Part shown: piece by piece, positions 27,573 to 40,260 of the stretch | Layout of the letters: the number at the start of each line of letters is the position of its first letter | Position numbering within the stretch: the first letter of the stretch is position 1 | Assembly: GCA_010909165.1 (NCBI GenBank) | Contig: MU008233.1 | Span: 1 to 64,000, forward strand | Direction: 5' to 3' | Length of the DNA stretch: 64,000 bases | Source of the DNA: Anthoceros angustus | Taxonomy: Eukaryota > Plantae > Anthocerotophyta | The notes under the pieces: generated by a model | The model's database searches: none | What the model saw: the letters and a program-made list of their open reading frames with translations, nothing else | Told to the model about the DNA's origin: nothing | Made by a program: the position numbers and the translations under genes

Positions 27573-30334
27573 TCACGGTCGACCTTACAACTGCAACAAC
27601 CATCTGCGAATCGATGCACACGGTACCCATCCCTTACAACAATGTCTCTGTGTTCAAGCCTTGACATGATCTCCGTGGAACTGTGGCAGTCACTGCACAT
27701 GCGTAGATTCTTCGTTACCACCAGAGGTGTCCCACTCGGAGTGTTCAAGAGACCAAACGCCAGAGCTAGCTTCTCAGCATGCCCACAAAGCGCATCTTCC
27801 TTTTCCTTCTCACAGTGGCTTCAACACCAACTTTGTGAGGTACGTGGCCTCCTTCCTGCTTCAGACGTGCATTCTCTCTACCTTGCGCAATATCCTCTCT
27901 CCCACCAGAAATCTATGTACCTGCTTATTCACCTCAATGGTCGCCACTGCAGGTTTCTTGTTAGCTCCTGCTACCCTTCTCTGTGTTTCAATCCTGTCTA
28001 CATCACTCCACCTACCAGCATCTGCGTAGGCATTGGCCATGAGCACATATGGGTGCATTCTGAGGGTCAACAATGCTTTCAAAACACCACCGCCTCTCTC
28101 TATATCCCGTGACTTTTGCAGGCATTCAACAAAGTCAAATACAACATTACTTTGGCCCTCACATGATAAATAGCATCTTCTCTGCCTCATCTAAATGGCC
28201 TGCACGCCCAAGAAGATCAATCATGCAGTGTAATGCTGTAGGTTTGATGCCATGCTGTTCAGCCATGGAATCAAAGTGCTTGACCCTCATCAACCAGTCC
28301 CTCATGACTGCATACCAGAAGGCAAGTAAAGTAGCATCCATCAGGCTGAATACCGGCAACCAACATCTCCTCAAAACAAGCTAGTGCCTTGTGACATCAT
28401 CACAAGTACCATACCCAGATATCAGGGCATTCCATGTCACCACATCCTTTGTTCATGCTGTCAAATGCATCATCCAGTTCACCACATTTTGCATACATGT
28501 CCACCAGGCAGGTGCCCAACACTGTTATCCAGCAGTCCTTTCCACAATCTGAGAGTGCAGCTGCCTGCCCTTCTGTAAGGCAGTGCTTCCACAGGCCTTC
28601 AGAAGGCAAGCAAAAGTAACATGTCAGAAAAAAGGCCTCGCCTCCATTTGTCCATACACAAAGCGCCTCTAAGTCCTTGCTGTGCATACCCAGCAATCAG
28701 GGCGGTCCATGTCACCACATCCTTTGGCATGCTGTCAAAACCTGGCGCATCTTCCAGTTCACCACATTTTGCATACATGTCCACCAGGCAGGTGCCCACC
28801 ACTATGTCATCCAGCAGTCCTCTTGACAATCTGTGAGTGTGCCTGCCCTTCTGTAAGGCACCAGTGCTTGCACAGGCCTTCAGAAGGCAAGCAAAAGTAA
28901 CATGGTCAGCCAAAAGGCCCTCGCTCCATTTGTCCATACAACAAGCCTCTTGGCCGAGTCCTTGCTGTGCATACCCAGAATCAGCGCATTCCATGTCCCA
29001 GCCTCTTTGTCGCTGCTGTGCAATTCACCACAGCATACCCAGATATCAGGGCAGTCCATGTCACCACATCTTTGTGCATACTGTCAAAAACCTGCATCTT
29101 CCAGTTCACCACATTTTGCATACATGTCCAGGCAGGTGCCCACCACGTCATCCAGCAGTCCTCTTCGACAATCTGTGAGTGCAGCTGCCTCTTCTGTAAG
29201 GCACCAGTGCTTCCACAGGCCTTCAGAAGGCAAGCAAAAGTAACATGGTCAGCCAAAATCAGGCCCTCCTGCTCCATTTGTCCATACACAAGCGCCTCTG
29301 TCAAGTCCTTGCTGTGCATACCCAGCAATCAGGGCATTCCATGTCACCACATCCTTTGTGCCATGCTGTCAAAAACCTGGCGTGCATCTTCCAGTTCACC
29401 ACATTTTGCATACATGTCCACCAGGCAGTTGCCCAACACAGCATCCAGCAGTCTTCGAATCTGAGAGTGCAGCTGCCTGCCCTTCTGTAAGGCACCAGTG
29501 CTTGCACAGGCCTTCAGAAGGCAAGCAAAAGTAACATGGTCAGCCAAAATGAGGCCCTCCTGCTCCATTTGTCCATACACAACAAGCGCCTCTGTGAGTC
29601 CTTGCTGCATACCCAGCAATCAGGGCATTCCATGTCACCACATCCTTTGTGGCCATGCTCAAAAACCTGGCGTGCATCTTTCATGTTGCCACATTTTGCA
29701 TACATGTCCACAAGGCTGTTGCCAACAAACAAGTTAGAAGCAATGCCACTGTGAACCACATCACCGTGCACTTTTCTGCCAGATTCCAAGTCAGCGGCAA
29801 ATGCACAAGCTTGAAGGGCAGCTACAAAGACGTGAGCATCCGCCTTCACTCCTGACCTACGCATCTCATGGTACAGTTGTATGGCCTCATTAGGTTTCCC
29901 ATGCTTAGCGTATGCGGAGATTATGGAAGACCACATGAAGGCATCTGGTTTGCCCACCCTGGTGAGCACATCCATGGCCTCCTCTAGCCTACCTCCACAT
30001 GCATACATGCGCAAGATATGGTTCCCCACGTAAGCATGAGACGCGTACCCAAGTTTGACACTGAGATCATGAACCCGTCGCCCCACAACCAAATCCTTCT
30101 TAGCTGTACATAGTTTCAGCACAGTGCAAACAAGAGACAGAGAAAGAGTGGAGTCTGCCTGCGCCAGAGATTCCAGGGCTCCAACGGCCTCAGAAAGCTT
30201 CCCCTGCTGACATAACGTGCTCACGGTTCCAGCCGTTACGACGCCCATTTCCTGATCCAGGTTCAGGCTTATCCGGAGAGCTCGACTTGGAAGGAGAGGC
30301 ACCATGACCCATCTGCATATCCAAGGAAACGAGC
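27573..30334 (-). pseudogene. PPR copy 2: PLS-E-DYW:KP (GRP), 5'-truncated immediately after the PDF motif
   Basis: Stop at 27573-27575 (TCACGGTCGACC on the + strand). PPR repeats span 28.4-30.1 kb. The 5' end is cut at GGAAACGAGC (30325-30334), so the PDF motif and start codon are missing. Confidence 0.85.
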
Positions 30335-32513
30335 GTCGCTGGAACCGTGAGCACGTTATGTCAGCAGGGAAGCTTTCTGAGGCCGTTGGAGCCCTGGAAT
30401 CTCTGGCGCAGACAGACTCTGCTATTTCTCAGTCTCTGTTTGCACTGTGCTGAAACTGTGTACAGCTAAGAAGGATTTGGTTGTGGCGAGGGGTTCATGA
30501 TCTCAGTGTCAAACTTGGGTACGAGTCAAATGCATACTTGGGGAACCATATCTTGCGCATGTATGCATGTGGAGGTAGGCTAGAGGAGGCCATGGATGTG
30601 TTCACCAGGGTGGGGAAACCGGATGCCTTCATGTGGTCTTCCATAATCCGCATACGCTAAGCATGGGAAACCTAATGAGGCCATACAACTGTACCATGAG
30701 ATGCGTAGGTCAGGAGTGAAGGCGATGCACGTCTTTGTAGCTGCCCTTCAAGCTTGTGCTGCCGACTTGGAATCTGGCAGAAAAGTGCACGGTGATGTGG
30801 TGCAGAGTGGCATTGCTACTAACATGTTTGTTGGCAACTGCCTTGTGGACATGTATGCAAAATGTGGCAGAATGAAAGATGCACGCCAGGTTTTTGACAG
30901 CATGGCCACAAAGGATGTGGTGACATGGAATGCCCTGATTGCTGGGTATGCACAGCAAGGTGAACTGAAAGATGCCCGCCAGGTCTTTGACAGCATGGAC
31001 ACGAAGGACGTGGTGACATGGACCGCCCTGATTGCTGGGTATGAACAGCAAGGTCTTGGCCAAGAGGCGCTTGTTGTGTATGGTCAAATGGAGCAGGAGG
31101 GCCTCATTTTGGCTGACCATGTTACTTTTTGTTGCCTTCTGAAGGCCTGTGCAAGCACTGGCGCCTTACAGAAGGGCAGGCAGCTGCACTCACAGATTGT
31201 CAAAGGAGGACTGTTGGACGACATACTGGTGGGCACCTGCCTGGTGGACATGTATGCAAAATGTGGTGAACTGGAAGACGCACGCCAGGTTTTTGACAGC
31301 ATGAACATCAAGGATGTGGTGACATGGACCGTCCTGATTGGTGGGTATGCACAGCAAGGACTTGGCCAAGAGGCGCTTGTCGTGTACGGTCAAATGGAGG
31401 AGGCGGGCCTCATTTTGGCTGACCATGTTACTTTTGCTTGCCTTCTGAAGGCCTGTGGAAGCGCTGGTGCCTTACAGAAGGGAAGGCATCTACATTCTCA
31501 GATTGTGGAACGAGAACTGCTGGATAACTTTGTGCTGGGCACCTGCCTGGTGGACATGTATGCAAAATGTGGTGAAATGGACGATGCATGCCAGGTTTTT
31601 GACAGCATGCACACAAAGGATGTGGTTACATGGACCGCCCTAATTGCTGGGTATGGTACTTGCGATGATGGTCAGAAGGCACTAGCTTGTTTTGAGGAAA
31701 TGTTAGTTGCCGGCATTCAGCCTGATGATGCTACTTTTACTTGCCTTCTAGTAGCATGCAGTCATGAGGGACTGGTTGATGAGGGTCGCAAGCACTTTGA
31801 TTCCATGGCCGAACAGCATGGCATCAAGCCTACTAGAGAGCATTACCACTGCATGATTGATCTTTTTGGGCGTGCAGGCCATCTAGATGAGGCAGAGAAG
31901 ATGCTATTATCATGATAAAGTGTTGTGGGCTGACGTCTTGTTGAATGCCTGCAAAAGTCACGGGGATATAGAGAGGGCGATGGTGTTTTGAAAGCATTGT
32001 TAGCTGGACCTCAGAGGCGCCTGCATATGTGCTCATGGCCAATGCCTATGCAGATGCAGGTAGGTGGACCGATGTAGACAGGATTGAAACACAGAGAAGG
32101 GTAGCAGGAGCTAACAAGAAACCTGCAGTGGCGACCATTGAGGTGAATAAGCAGGTACATAGATTTCTGGTGGGAGGGAGAAGATTGCGCTTAAGGTGAG
32201 ATCCAAGAATGCTCGTGTGAAACAGGAAGGAGGCCACGTACCTCAAACAAAATTGGTGTTGAAGTCACTGTCGGAGAAGGAAAAGGAGGATGCGCTTTGT
32301 GGGCATGCTGAGAAGTTAGCTCTGGCGTTTGGTCTCTTGAACACTCCGACTGGGACACCTCTGGTGGTAACGAAGAATCTACGTATGTGCAGCGACTGCC
32401 ACAGTTCCACAGAAATCATGTCAAGGCTTGAACACAGAGACATTGTAGTAAGGGATGGGTACCGTGTGCATCGATTCGCAGATGGTTGTTGCAGTTGTAA
32501 AGGTCGACCGTGA
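30333..32513 (+). CDS. PPR copy 3: PLS-E-DYW:KP (GRP) lacking the N-terminus and PDF motif
   Basis: Uninterrupted 404-aa PPR ORF (30701-31915) with P-L-S triplets and P2-L2-S2. C-terminal ORF 32196-32513 contains [18 protein letters not shown] and CSCKGRP. Confidence 0.9.
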
Positions 32514-32785
32514 GAACAACGGTGGACTACCTAGAGCTCAATTGTATACGCCAGAGGATATTGCATTTTCTTTTCGGGGTGATGTGTATGGTTAAAGCCT
32601 AAACGATCGGAGTGTGTGGAGGGTATTTCCGACAAAATATGCTCCGCACACTTGAATTGCGACATGGGAGCCTTCATCAAATCTAAGATAATCGAGGTGA
32701 TATGCCTGAAACTTTTAGAAGTTTGTTTGTGAGCATGGTGGGTCCTGGTTTAGGGTCAAATCGGGCACAAAGCAGAGGATCCGTA

Positions 32786-32887
32786 GTTGCGCCTCCATGG
32801 AGGCTAAGAAGATCTTGGTATCCGCAGTTGCGCCTCTATGGAGGCTAAGACGATCTTGGTATCCGCAGTTGCGCCTCTATAGAGGCT
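32786..32887. repeat. 41-bp tandem repeat (x2.5) with a 14-bp palindrome
   Basis: GTTGCGCC at 32786, 32827 and 32868. Cores are GCCTCCATGGAGGC, GCCTCTATGGAGGC and GCCTCTATAGAGGC. Confidence 0.9.
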
Positions 32888-34629
32888 ACACTCCGAAAGA
32901 AAACTGCAATCAAAAGTGGATAGTTCGAGCTGATATGTGCAAAATTTGTGTACGCCGCTTGAAAGCAAACAGACTCGGAACGAAACTCGTAACCCGTCAC
33001 GCTCCTGACCCTAACTTAAAACGCATCCCTCGTGTGCACATTGCACGGACGGAGTTCGTTCTTTGCCCTTCTGTGATTGGTTGTTCTAGAATGCATAATC
33101 GGGCGATGGAGGTTAGAAGCTGGTGGCGCGGGGACCACGGCACTTGCCACCTTTTCGTCGTGATCGACGTTGAGGCCGGATATCCGTGCCCGGGCCTCCT
33201 TCCAGAAACGGCTTTGGTTGATACTTGTTACCATGGCTGAGCCTTTCCATGGGGATTTTGAAATCCTCTCCTCACTTCAATGGCTTAAATGTCCGAGAGG
33301 GGGACCATTTTTCTGTGAAGCTTGGGAGTGCTTGGGATCGGCGAAACATTGTACACAATTGCAATGCCGGCCGAGCTGCCCGTTTTTTTGGTAGCGAGAG
33401 ACAAACGTATGCTCAAAGTCTCAATTTGAGACGGTGGTCATTTAGGGGTTAACTTCATCCCTGTCCAACCGGGCACATGAGCGTACATACATATACTGCA
33501 GTGGATGGTCCTCCCTACAAACTGAGTGCCCATTCCTCATGAAGTAATGGGGCCTACCATTTATGCATTCGGCCAAAGGCGGTCATCCACCAGTTCCAGG
33601 TGTTGATGCTTGTTAAGAGGCCATGCTATAGCTTCTTTCCGATCCTCCTCTGCCTCCTGCCCTAGATCGCGGCTTTAGGCATAGAGGGCGAATATGCAGG
33701 TATAGAAGGCATCGTGGCTTAATACGAAGGCAATGAGGGCATCGCGACTTCGGGCATGGCGAGGCTTAGAAATTAGGTGAGGTTGGAGGGTTTCACCTCT
33801 CCCATTATCGGGCAAGTGTGGATTAAATACAAGTGTACAATAGAAAGTACAAGTGTTTGTAAGGTAGAAGTGGTTAGAGGTGGTTGTAATCAATATGACC
33901 GATAACTAAATAAAGTAACTACTTCTAACCTTATGAATTAATTAATTATTAAGTCTAGGGATTTCTAGGTGCCTAATGAATAATCCCCTAATTAATAAAA
34001 GGTTTCATCACTCCCACTCACTATGAAGTAGGGGAGAAAATGAGCTAGATAATTATCCTAATATAACTGCTAGACTCCCACTAGAACAAAAGTTATGAAG
34101 CGAAATGAAAAAGCCAACATAAATTGAATTAAATGGATTTAAGTAAATAAGAAAGCACTGAAATAAGGAAAATAGGCTTAAATACGGGAAAATCTTGTAG
34201 ATAGGGAAAATGCCCTGTTATCCGAAATCTCGGACATGCGGTTATGGGGGGAACCCCTCACCATCATGTGAAAGGTGGTGTGTTTTTTCTCATTCTCTTG
34301 CGCAAGCAAGCGACACATGGCCTAATGTATGTAAGTCATAATGTGCATGGGTGCACGACAAGTGGTTGTAAGCCCTAATGTTAATGCGGACACAAGCACA
34401 CCGGCACTCACAGAAAACCTATCTAAGGATGCCGGCATGCCGGTGCCCTATGGAGGGAGCATAAGAGCATAGGGCCCTATGGAGGGAGCATAAGAGCATA
34501 GGGTTCTAGCATATTGGAGCCTTCATTAGTATATATTATTTGCACATCATGAAGTTTTGTTGGCTCGTGGAGTTGGTGAAGTGGTAAAAAACTCCGCTAA
34601 GAATCATAGGTCGCGAGTTCGATATTTAA

Positions 34630-35115
34630 GTTGTAATTTTTATACTACTTAAGTTGAGTATCTTTGAGGGCGCTGCATGCCGGCGCCTTCACACATGCAC
34701 CGTGCACCATACCTGGAGGTAAAATTCCGTCCACATAGACCAAACCATGACGAGGCAGTTGTAATTTTTATACTAGTTAAGTTGAGTATCTTTGAGGGCG
34801 CTGCATGCCGGCGCCCACACACATGCACCGTGCACCATACCTAGAGGTAAAATTCCGTCCACATAGACCAAACCATGACGAGGCAGTAACAAGACCCAAA
34901 TGCGTAAACCGAGAACATCAAGAATCATGGGTTTTGGGATTGTACGGTGAATCTGAAATTAGTCCAAAGATTCTCAAAGTGGGTTTGTATAATCCGCCGC
35001 AGTAACAAGACCCAAATGCGTAAACCGAGAACATCAAGAATCATGGGTTTTGGGACAGTACGGTGAATCTGAAATTGGTCCAAAGATTCTCAAAGTGGGT
35101 TTGTATAATCCGCCG
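34630..35115. repeat. Two adjacent local duplications (~125 bp x2 and ~115 bp x2)
   Basis: GTTGTAATTTTTATACTA...CCATGACGAGGCAG occurs twice. CAGTAACAAGACCCAAATG...GTATAATCCGCC occurs twice. Confidence 0.85.
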
Positions 35116-35126
35116 GTTCAAATATT

Positions 35127-35330
35127 ATGGTGTTATTTGTAGATGATCGTATCTTTGCCTGCACTGACACCCACATATTGAATAAGGTTAAAGACCTTTT
35201 AAGGCATGAATTTGAAATGAAAGATGTGGGTGAGTTGAAATTTTGTCTTGGTGTTCAAGTCCTTCGCAACAGAGATAGAGATACGTACTCGGCCATAGTT
35301 GTGGAACTAGCCACCTCCCCACTCCCTTGC
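35127..35330 (+). mobile_element. Copia RT fragment
   Basis: VLFVDDRIFACTDTHILNKVKDLLRHEFEMKDVGELKFCLGVQVLRNRD, the YVDD-region of a Copia RT. Similar to the element at ~16000. Confidence 0.8.
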
Positions 35331-36779
35331 ACCACTGTTGCTGAATTAAGGGTCCCCCTACCATGTATAGACACTTTTTATTCCTAAAAATCCTAAGGTC
35401 CAAGGACCTTCTAACCTGGCCTGACATACACAGATTCGAGGTCCAAAGACTAATTATTCGTGAAAGTAAGTGCAATGGGCCAAGGACAATTTTTGGTATA
35501 AAAGGCCTTTGCCTCAGACATTTCCTAAGCACTCCATCACTCAAAACATGAAAAAAAACAGAAAAAACGTTCAAACCGACAGTCCGGGGAAGGTTAGTGT
35601 ACGTGTGGACTTCCACATATGGCAAGCATCACAAACACGAACCAATATGCATTATAAAGATACCTACACTAGCTCTTACCCTCATATATGACAAAAGGCC
35701 ATTGCACAATTCAAAATCCAAGGCCATAGGCTGCGAAGCGTGACTGGAAGGGGTCAATACCTAGGGCGGAAATTTAAGAATATGCCAACATTGCAATCTT
35801 GAGGAGATTGACGGCAAGCACCACATCTTTTTTACGAAGTAAAATTTCTAAATCTTGGTCCAAAAAAAGCCCTGAATAATTTTTGAGCAAATTCTTGACA
35901 AGAAAAAAGGCCAAACCCTGCGGTCATTGTGGGGTTTAAGGTGGCTACAAAGCCATTTCATCTTACAAGATTGTAGCAACCATTTGGCTAGTTGCCAAAA
36001 AAGCATTGAGGCTTCATCAAGTTGCATTACTAAGCCAATGTTTGCACACTCATCATAGAGGTCAAAGTCTCCTTGGATGTCTTTCCTGTTGCCCCTTGCA
36101 ATAAGAAGAAGAATTTTGCATGTGCTCTAGGTAAATTTTCCCATGGAGGAAGGGAGATACACATAACGGACCTGATAAAGTCTTCAAATACCTATCGTTG
36201 CTTTGTGGCCTCACTTATCTCCTTGTCTCTAATTTTAACCTCTCCGTACATGAGCTTGAGTTTTCAAACTTGCCCTGGTGAAGCTTCTATGATTTCTACT
36301 TGGCCAGCAAAATCAACTTCAAATTCTAAACCTAGTCCACTCTATCTGGAAGGCCAATAAGCACCAACCATAAAACATAACTGACCATGCTCAACATCCA
36401 CTGCCCTTGTATTGTAGTCCTTCTTTAATTGCAGTAGAAAAACCATAATTGAGATTCAAATATCGTTGAGAGTGTTAGTCTCCACAATCCTTTTTCTTCT
36501 TGAAGTTCCATCAGAGCTTCCGACACAATTATGCTTGTAAAATGACAACGCATCGACACTGGGAACCGGTGGGCGTCCGTCTTGGTGAACGTATGGTAGG
36601 CCCCATCACTTCGCGAGGAATGCGCGCTCAGATTCGTAGGGGGGACTAGCCTCTGCGGTATATGTATGCTCCTGTGTCCGTTGGGACAGGGAAGAGGTTA
36701 ACCAAACACATCACCCCGAAAAGAAAATGCAATATCCGCTGGCGTATACAATTGAGCTCTAGGTAGTCCACCATTACTC

Positions 36780-39589
36780 TCACGGTCGACCTTTACAACT
36801 GCAACAACCATCTGCGAATCGATGCACACGGTACCCATCCCTTACTACAATGTCTCTGTGTTCAAGCCTTGACATGATCTCCGTGGAACTGTGGCAGTCA
36901 CTGCACATGCGTAGATTCTTCGTTACCACCAGAGGTGTCCCAGTCGGAGTGTTCAAGAGACCAAACGCCAGAGCTAGCTTCTCAGCATGCCCACAAAGCG
37001 CATCCTCCTTTTCCTTTTCCGACAGTGGCTTCAACACCAACTTTGTGTGAGGTACGTGGCCTCCTTCCTGTTTCACACGAGCATTGGTGATCTCTACCTT
37101 AAGCGCAACATCTTCTCGCCTTTCGCCCACCAGAAATCTATGTACCTGCTTATTCACCTCAATGGTCGCCACTGCGGGTAACTTGTTAGCTCCTGCTACC
37201 CTTCTTTGTGTTTCAATCCTGTCTACATCACTCCACCTACCAGCATCTGCGTAGGCATTGGCCATAAGCACATATGCGGGTGCATTCTGGGGGTCAAGCC
37301 TGACAATGCTTTCAAAACACCACCTCGCCCTCTCTATATCCCCGTGATGTTTGCAGGCATTCAACAAAGTCATGAATCCCACAACATCACTTTGGCCCTC
37401 GCATGATAAAAGCATGTTCTCAGCCTCATCTAGATGGCCTGCACGCCCAAAAAGATCAATCATGCAGTGGTAATGCTCTCTAGTAGGCTTGATGCCATGC
37501 TGTTCAGCCATGGAATCAAAGTGCTTGCGACCCTCATGGACCAGTCCTCATGACTGCATGCTACTAGAAGGCAAGTAAAGTAGCATCATCAGGCTGAATA
37601 CCGGCAACTAACATCTCCTCAAAACAAGCTAGTGCCTTGTGACCTTCATCACAAGTACCATACCCAGATATCAGGGTCCATGTCACCACATCCTTTCTGT
37701 TCATGCTGTCAAACCACAGGCATGCATCATCCAGTTCACCACATTTTGCATACATGTCTGGCAGTGTGCTGCCTGCCCTTCTGTAAGGCAGCGTGGCCAG
37801 GCCTTCAGAAGGCAAGCAAAAGTAACAGCCAAAAAAGGCCTCCTCCTCCATTTGTCCATACACAAGGCCTCTTGGCGAGTCCTTGCTGTGCATACCCAGC
37901 AATCAGGGCATTCCATGTCACCACATCCTTGTGTTCATGCTGTCAAAAACCTGGCGTCTTCCAGTTCACCACATTTTGCATACATGTCCACCAGGCAGGT
38001 GCCCACCAGTATGTCATCCAGCAGTCCTCTTTGACAATCTGTGCTGCCTGCCCTTCTGTAAGGCACCAGTGCTTGCACAGGCCTTCAGAAGGCAAGCAGC
38101 GCAAAAAAACAAGGCCCTCCAGCTCCATTTGTCCATACAGACAAGCGCCTCTTGGCCAGTCCTTGCTGTGCATACCCAGATATCAGCGCATTCCATGTCA
38201 CCACCTTCATGCTGTCAAAATGCTGTGCATCTTCAATTCACCACATTTTGCATACCCAGATATCAGGGCAGTCCACCTTTGTGCATGCTGCCAAAAACTG
38301 TGCCTCTTTCACCACATTTTGCATACATGTCCACCAGGCAGTGCCCACCTACGTCATCTTTCAACAATCTGTGAGTGCAGCTGCCTGCCCTTTTGTAAGG
38401 CACCAGTGCTTCCACAGGCCTTCAGAAGGCAAGCAAAAGTAACATGGTCAGCCAAAATCAGGCCCTCTCCTCCATTTGTCCATACACAACAAGCGCCTGG
38501 CCAAGTCCTTGCTGTGCATACCCAGCAATCAGGGCATTCCATGTCACCACATCCTTGTGGCCATGCTGTCAAAAACCTGGCGTGCATCTTCAGTTCACCA
38601 CATTTTGCATACATGTCCACCAGGCAGGTGCCAACAAACAAGTGAGGAATGCCACTGTGCAACACATCACAGTGCACTTTCTGCCAGATTCCAAGTCGGG
38701 CAAATGCACAAGCTTGAAGGGCAGCTACAAAGACGTGAGCATCCGCCTTCACTCCTGACCTACGCATCTCATGGTACAGTTGTATGGCCTCATTAGGTTT
38801 CCCATGCTTGTGTATGCGGAGATTATGGAAGACCACATGAAGGCATCTGGTTTGCCCACCCTGGTGAACACATCCATGGCCTCCTCTAGCCTACCTCCAC
38901 ATGCATACATGCGCAAGATATGGTTCCCCAAGTATGCATTCGACTCGTACCCAAGTTTGACACTGAGATCATGAACTCGTCGCCCCACAACCAAATCCTT
39001 CTTAGCTGTACACAGTTTCAGCACAGTGTAAAACAGAGACTGAAAAGAGTCTGTCTGCCAGAGATTCCAGGGCTCCAACGGCCTCAGAAAGCTTCCCCTG
39101 CTGACATAACATGCTCACGGTTCCAGCCGTCACGATGCCCATTTCCGATCCTTCACGCCTTCTTCAGGTTATCCGGAGAGCTCGACTTGGAAGGAGAGGC
39201 ACCATGACCCATCTGCATATCCAAGGAAACGAGCTGCTCATCAACCCAAGCTGGCTTAAACACGTTGTTTAACCACAGGACCTCGCCGGACCCCTTACGC
39301 CGGAAGTCAGGCGAACGGGAGCTCTTCTTATCTCGTCTGTTGTCCACCACATGGTAGGGTCCAGAAAAATTGTTGCCACAAGTGCTCCTGCTCCTGGCGA
39401 CGACCATCATGGAAACCCGTCCCCACACATTTCTCGGAAGTGGAAGTGCTGGGCCTTACACTGCTGCACCAGGAGGCTTTGGTTGCCAGGGGTTGACTCC
39501 TAAGATGTGGTGAGCGGAGCTCCTTGTAGAATCCTGTACACACACCAATGTGTTGGGTCCAAAGCAGGTCTGGTTGCCATACTGGCCAT
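36780..39589 (-). CDS. PPR copy 4: PDF-PLS-E-DYW:KP (GRP) with an intact C-terminal 243 aa
   Basis: ORF 36780-37511 gives contiguous E and DYW:KP domains ([26 protein letters not shown]). The PPR array is frameshifted. PDF motif at ~39231-39381. Confidence 0.88.
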
Positions 39590-39807
39590 CGTTCAGGGAC
39601 CGCTGTCGGAAGATGAGTCCCACGAGAGACTGTAGCAGGATTCTCAGGTACTGTGCATGACCACACCACCCTGAAGGATAGTGCCGAGAGAGAAACGGGG
39701 CCCGTGCAGGAGGTCCCCGCCTGGTACCGGCTCCGTTTCTCAGAGCGCTAGGTCTCTCTAATGCACTCATCGGGTACCCAAGCAGATGCGTGAATCCTTG
39801 GTTAACG

Positions 39808-40260
39808 CTAATCCGGAGAGCTCCACTTGCAAGGAGAGGCACCATGACCCATCTGCATATCCAAGGAGACCAGCTTCTCATCAACCCAAGCTGGCTTAAA
39901 CATGTTGTTTAACCACAGCACCTCGCCGGACCCCTTACGCCGGAAGTCAGGCGAACGGGAGCTCTTCTTATCTCGTCTGTTGTCCCACCACCTGGTAGGG
40001 TCCAGAAAGAATTGCTGCCACAAAGATTGTTGCTCTTGCTCCTGGCAACGACCGGCATCGCTGGAAAACCCGTCCCTGCCCACACACTTTCTCGACAGTG
40101 GAAGTGCTGGGCTCCGCACACTGCTGCACCTGGAGGCTTTGTTTGCCAGGGGTTGACTCCCTAAGATGGAGTGAGCGGGAGCTCCTGGTGGAATCCCTGG
40201 ACACACACCAGTCGCAATTTGTTGCGTCGACAACGGGTCAGGTTGCCATACTGTGACCAT
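39808..40260 (-). CDS. Duplicated 5' module of copy 4: presequence-like N-terminus plus PDF motif (150 aa ORF)
   Basis: [10 protein letters not shown]...[51 protein letters not shown], followed by a stop. Confidence 0.8.
   Translation of the reverse strand: MVTVWQPDPLSTQQIATGVCPGIPPGAPAHSILGSQPLANKASRCSSVRSPALPLSRKCVGRDGFSSDAGRCQEQEQQSLWQQFFLDPTRWWDNRRDKKSSRSPDFRRKGSGEVLWLNNMFKPAWVDEKLVSLDMQMGHGASPCKWSSPD

Noticed and set aside
32786-32887. Possible mini-CRISPR
   Set aside because: Identical spacers and only 2.5 units; this is an ordinary tandem repeat.
37632-38645. 337-aa plus-strand ORF (also 54011-54793 and similar)
   Set aside because: Shadow ORFs antisense to the periodic PPR repeats, with no independent protein features.
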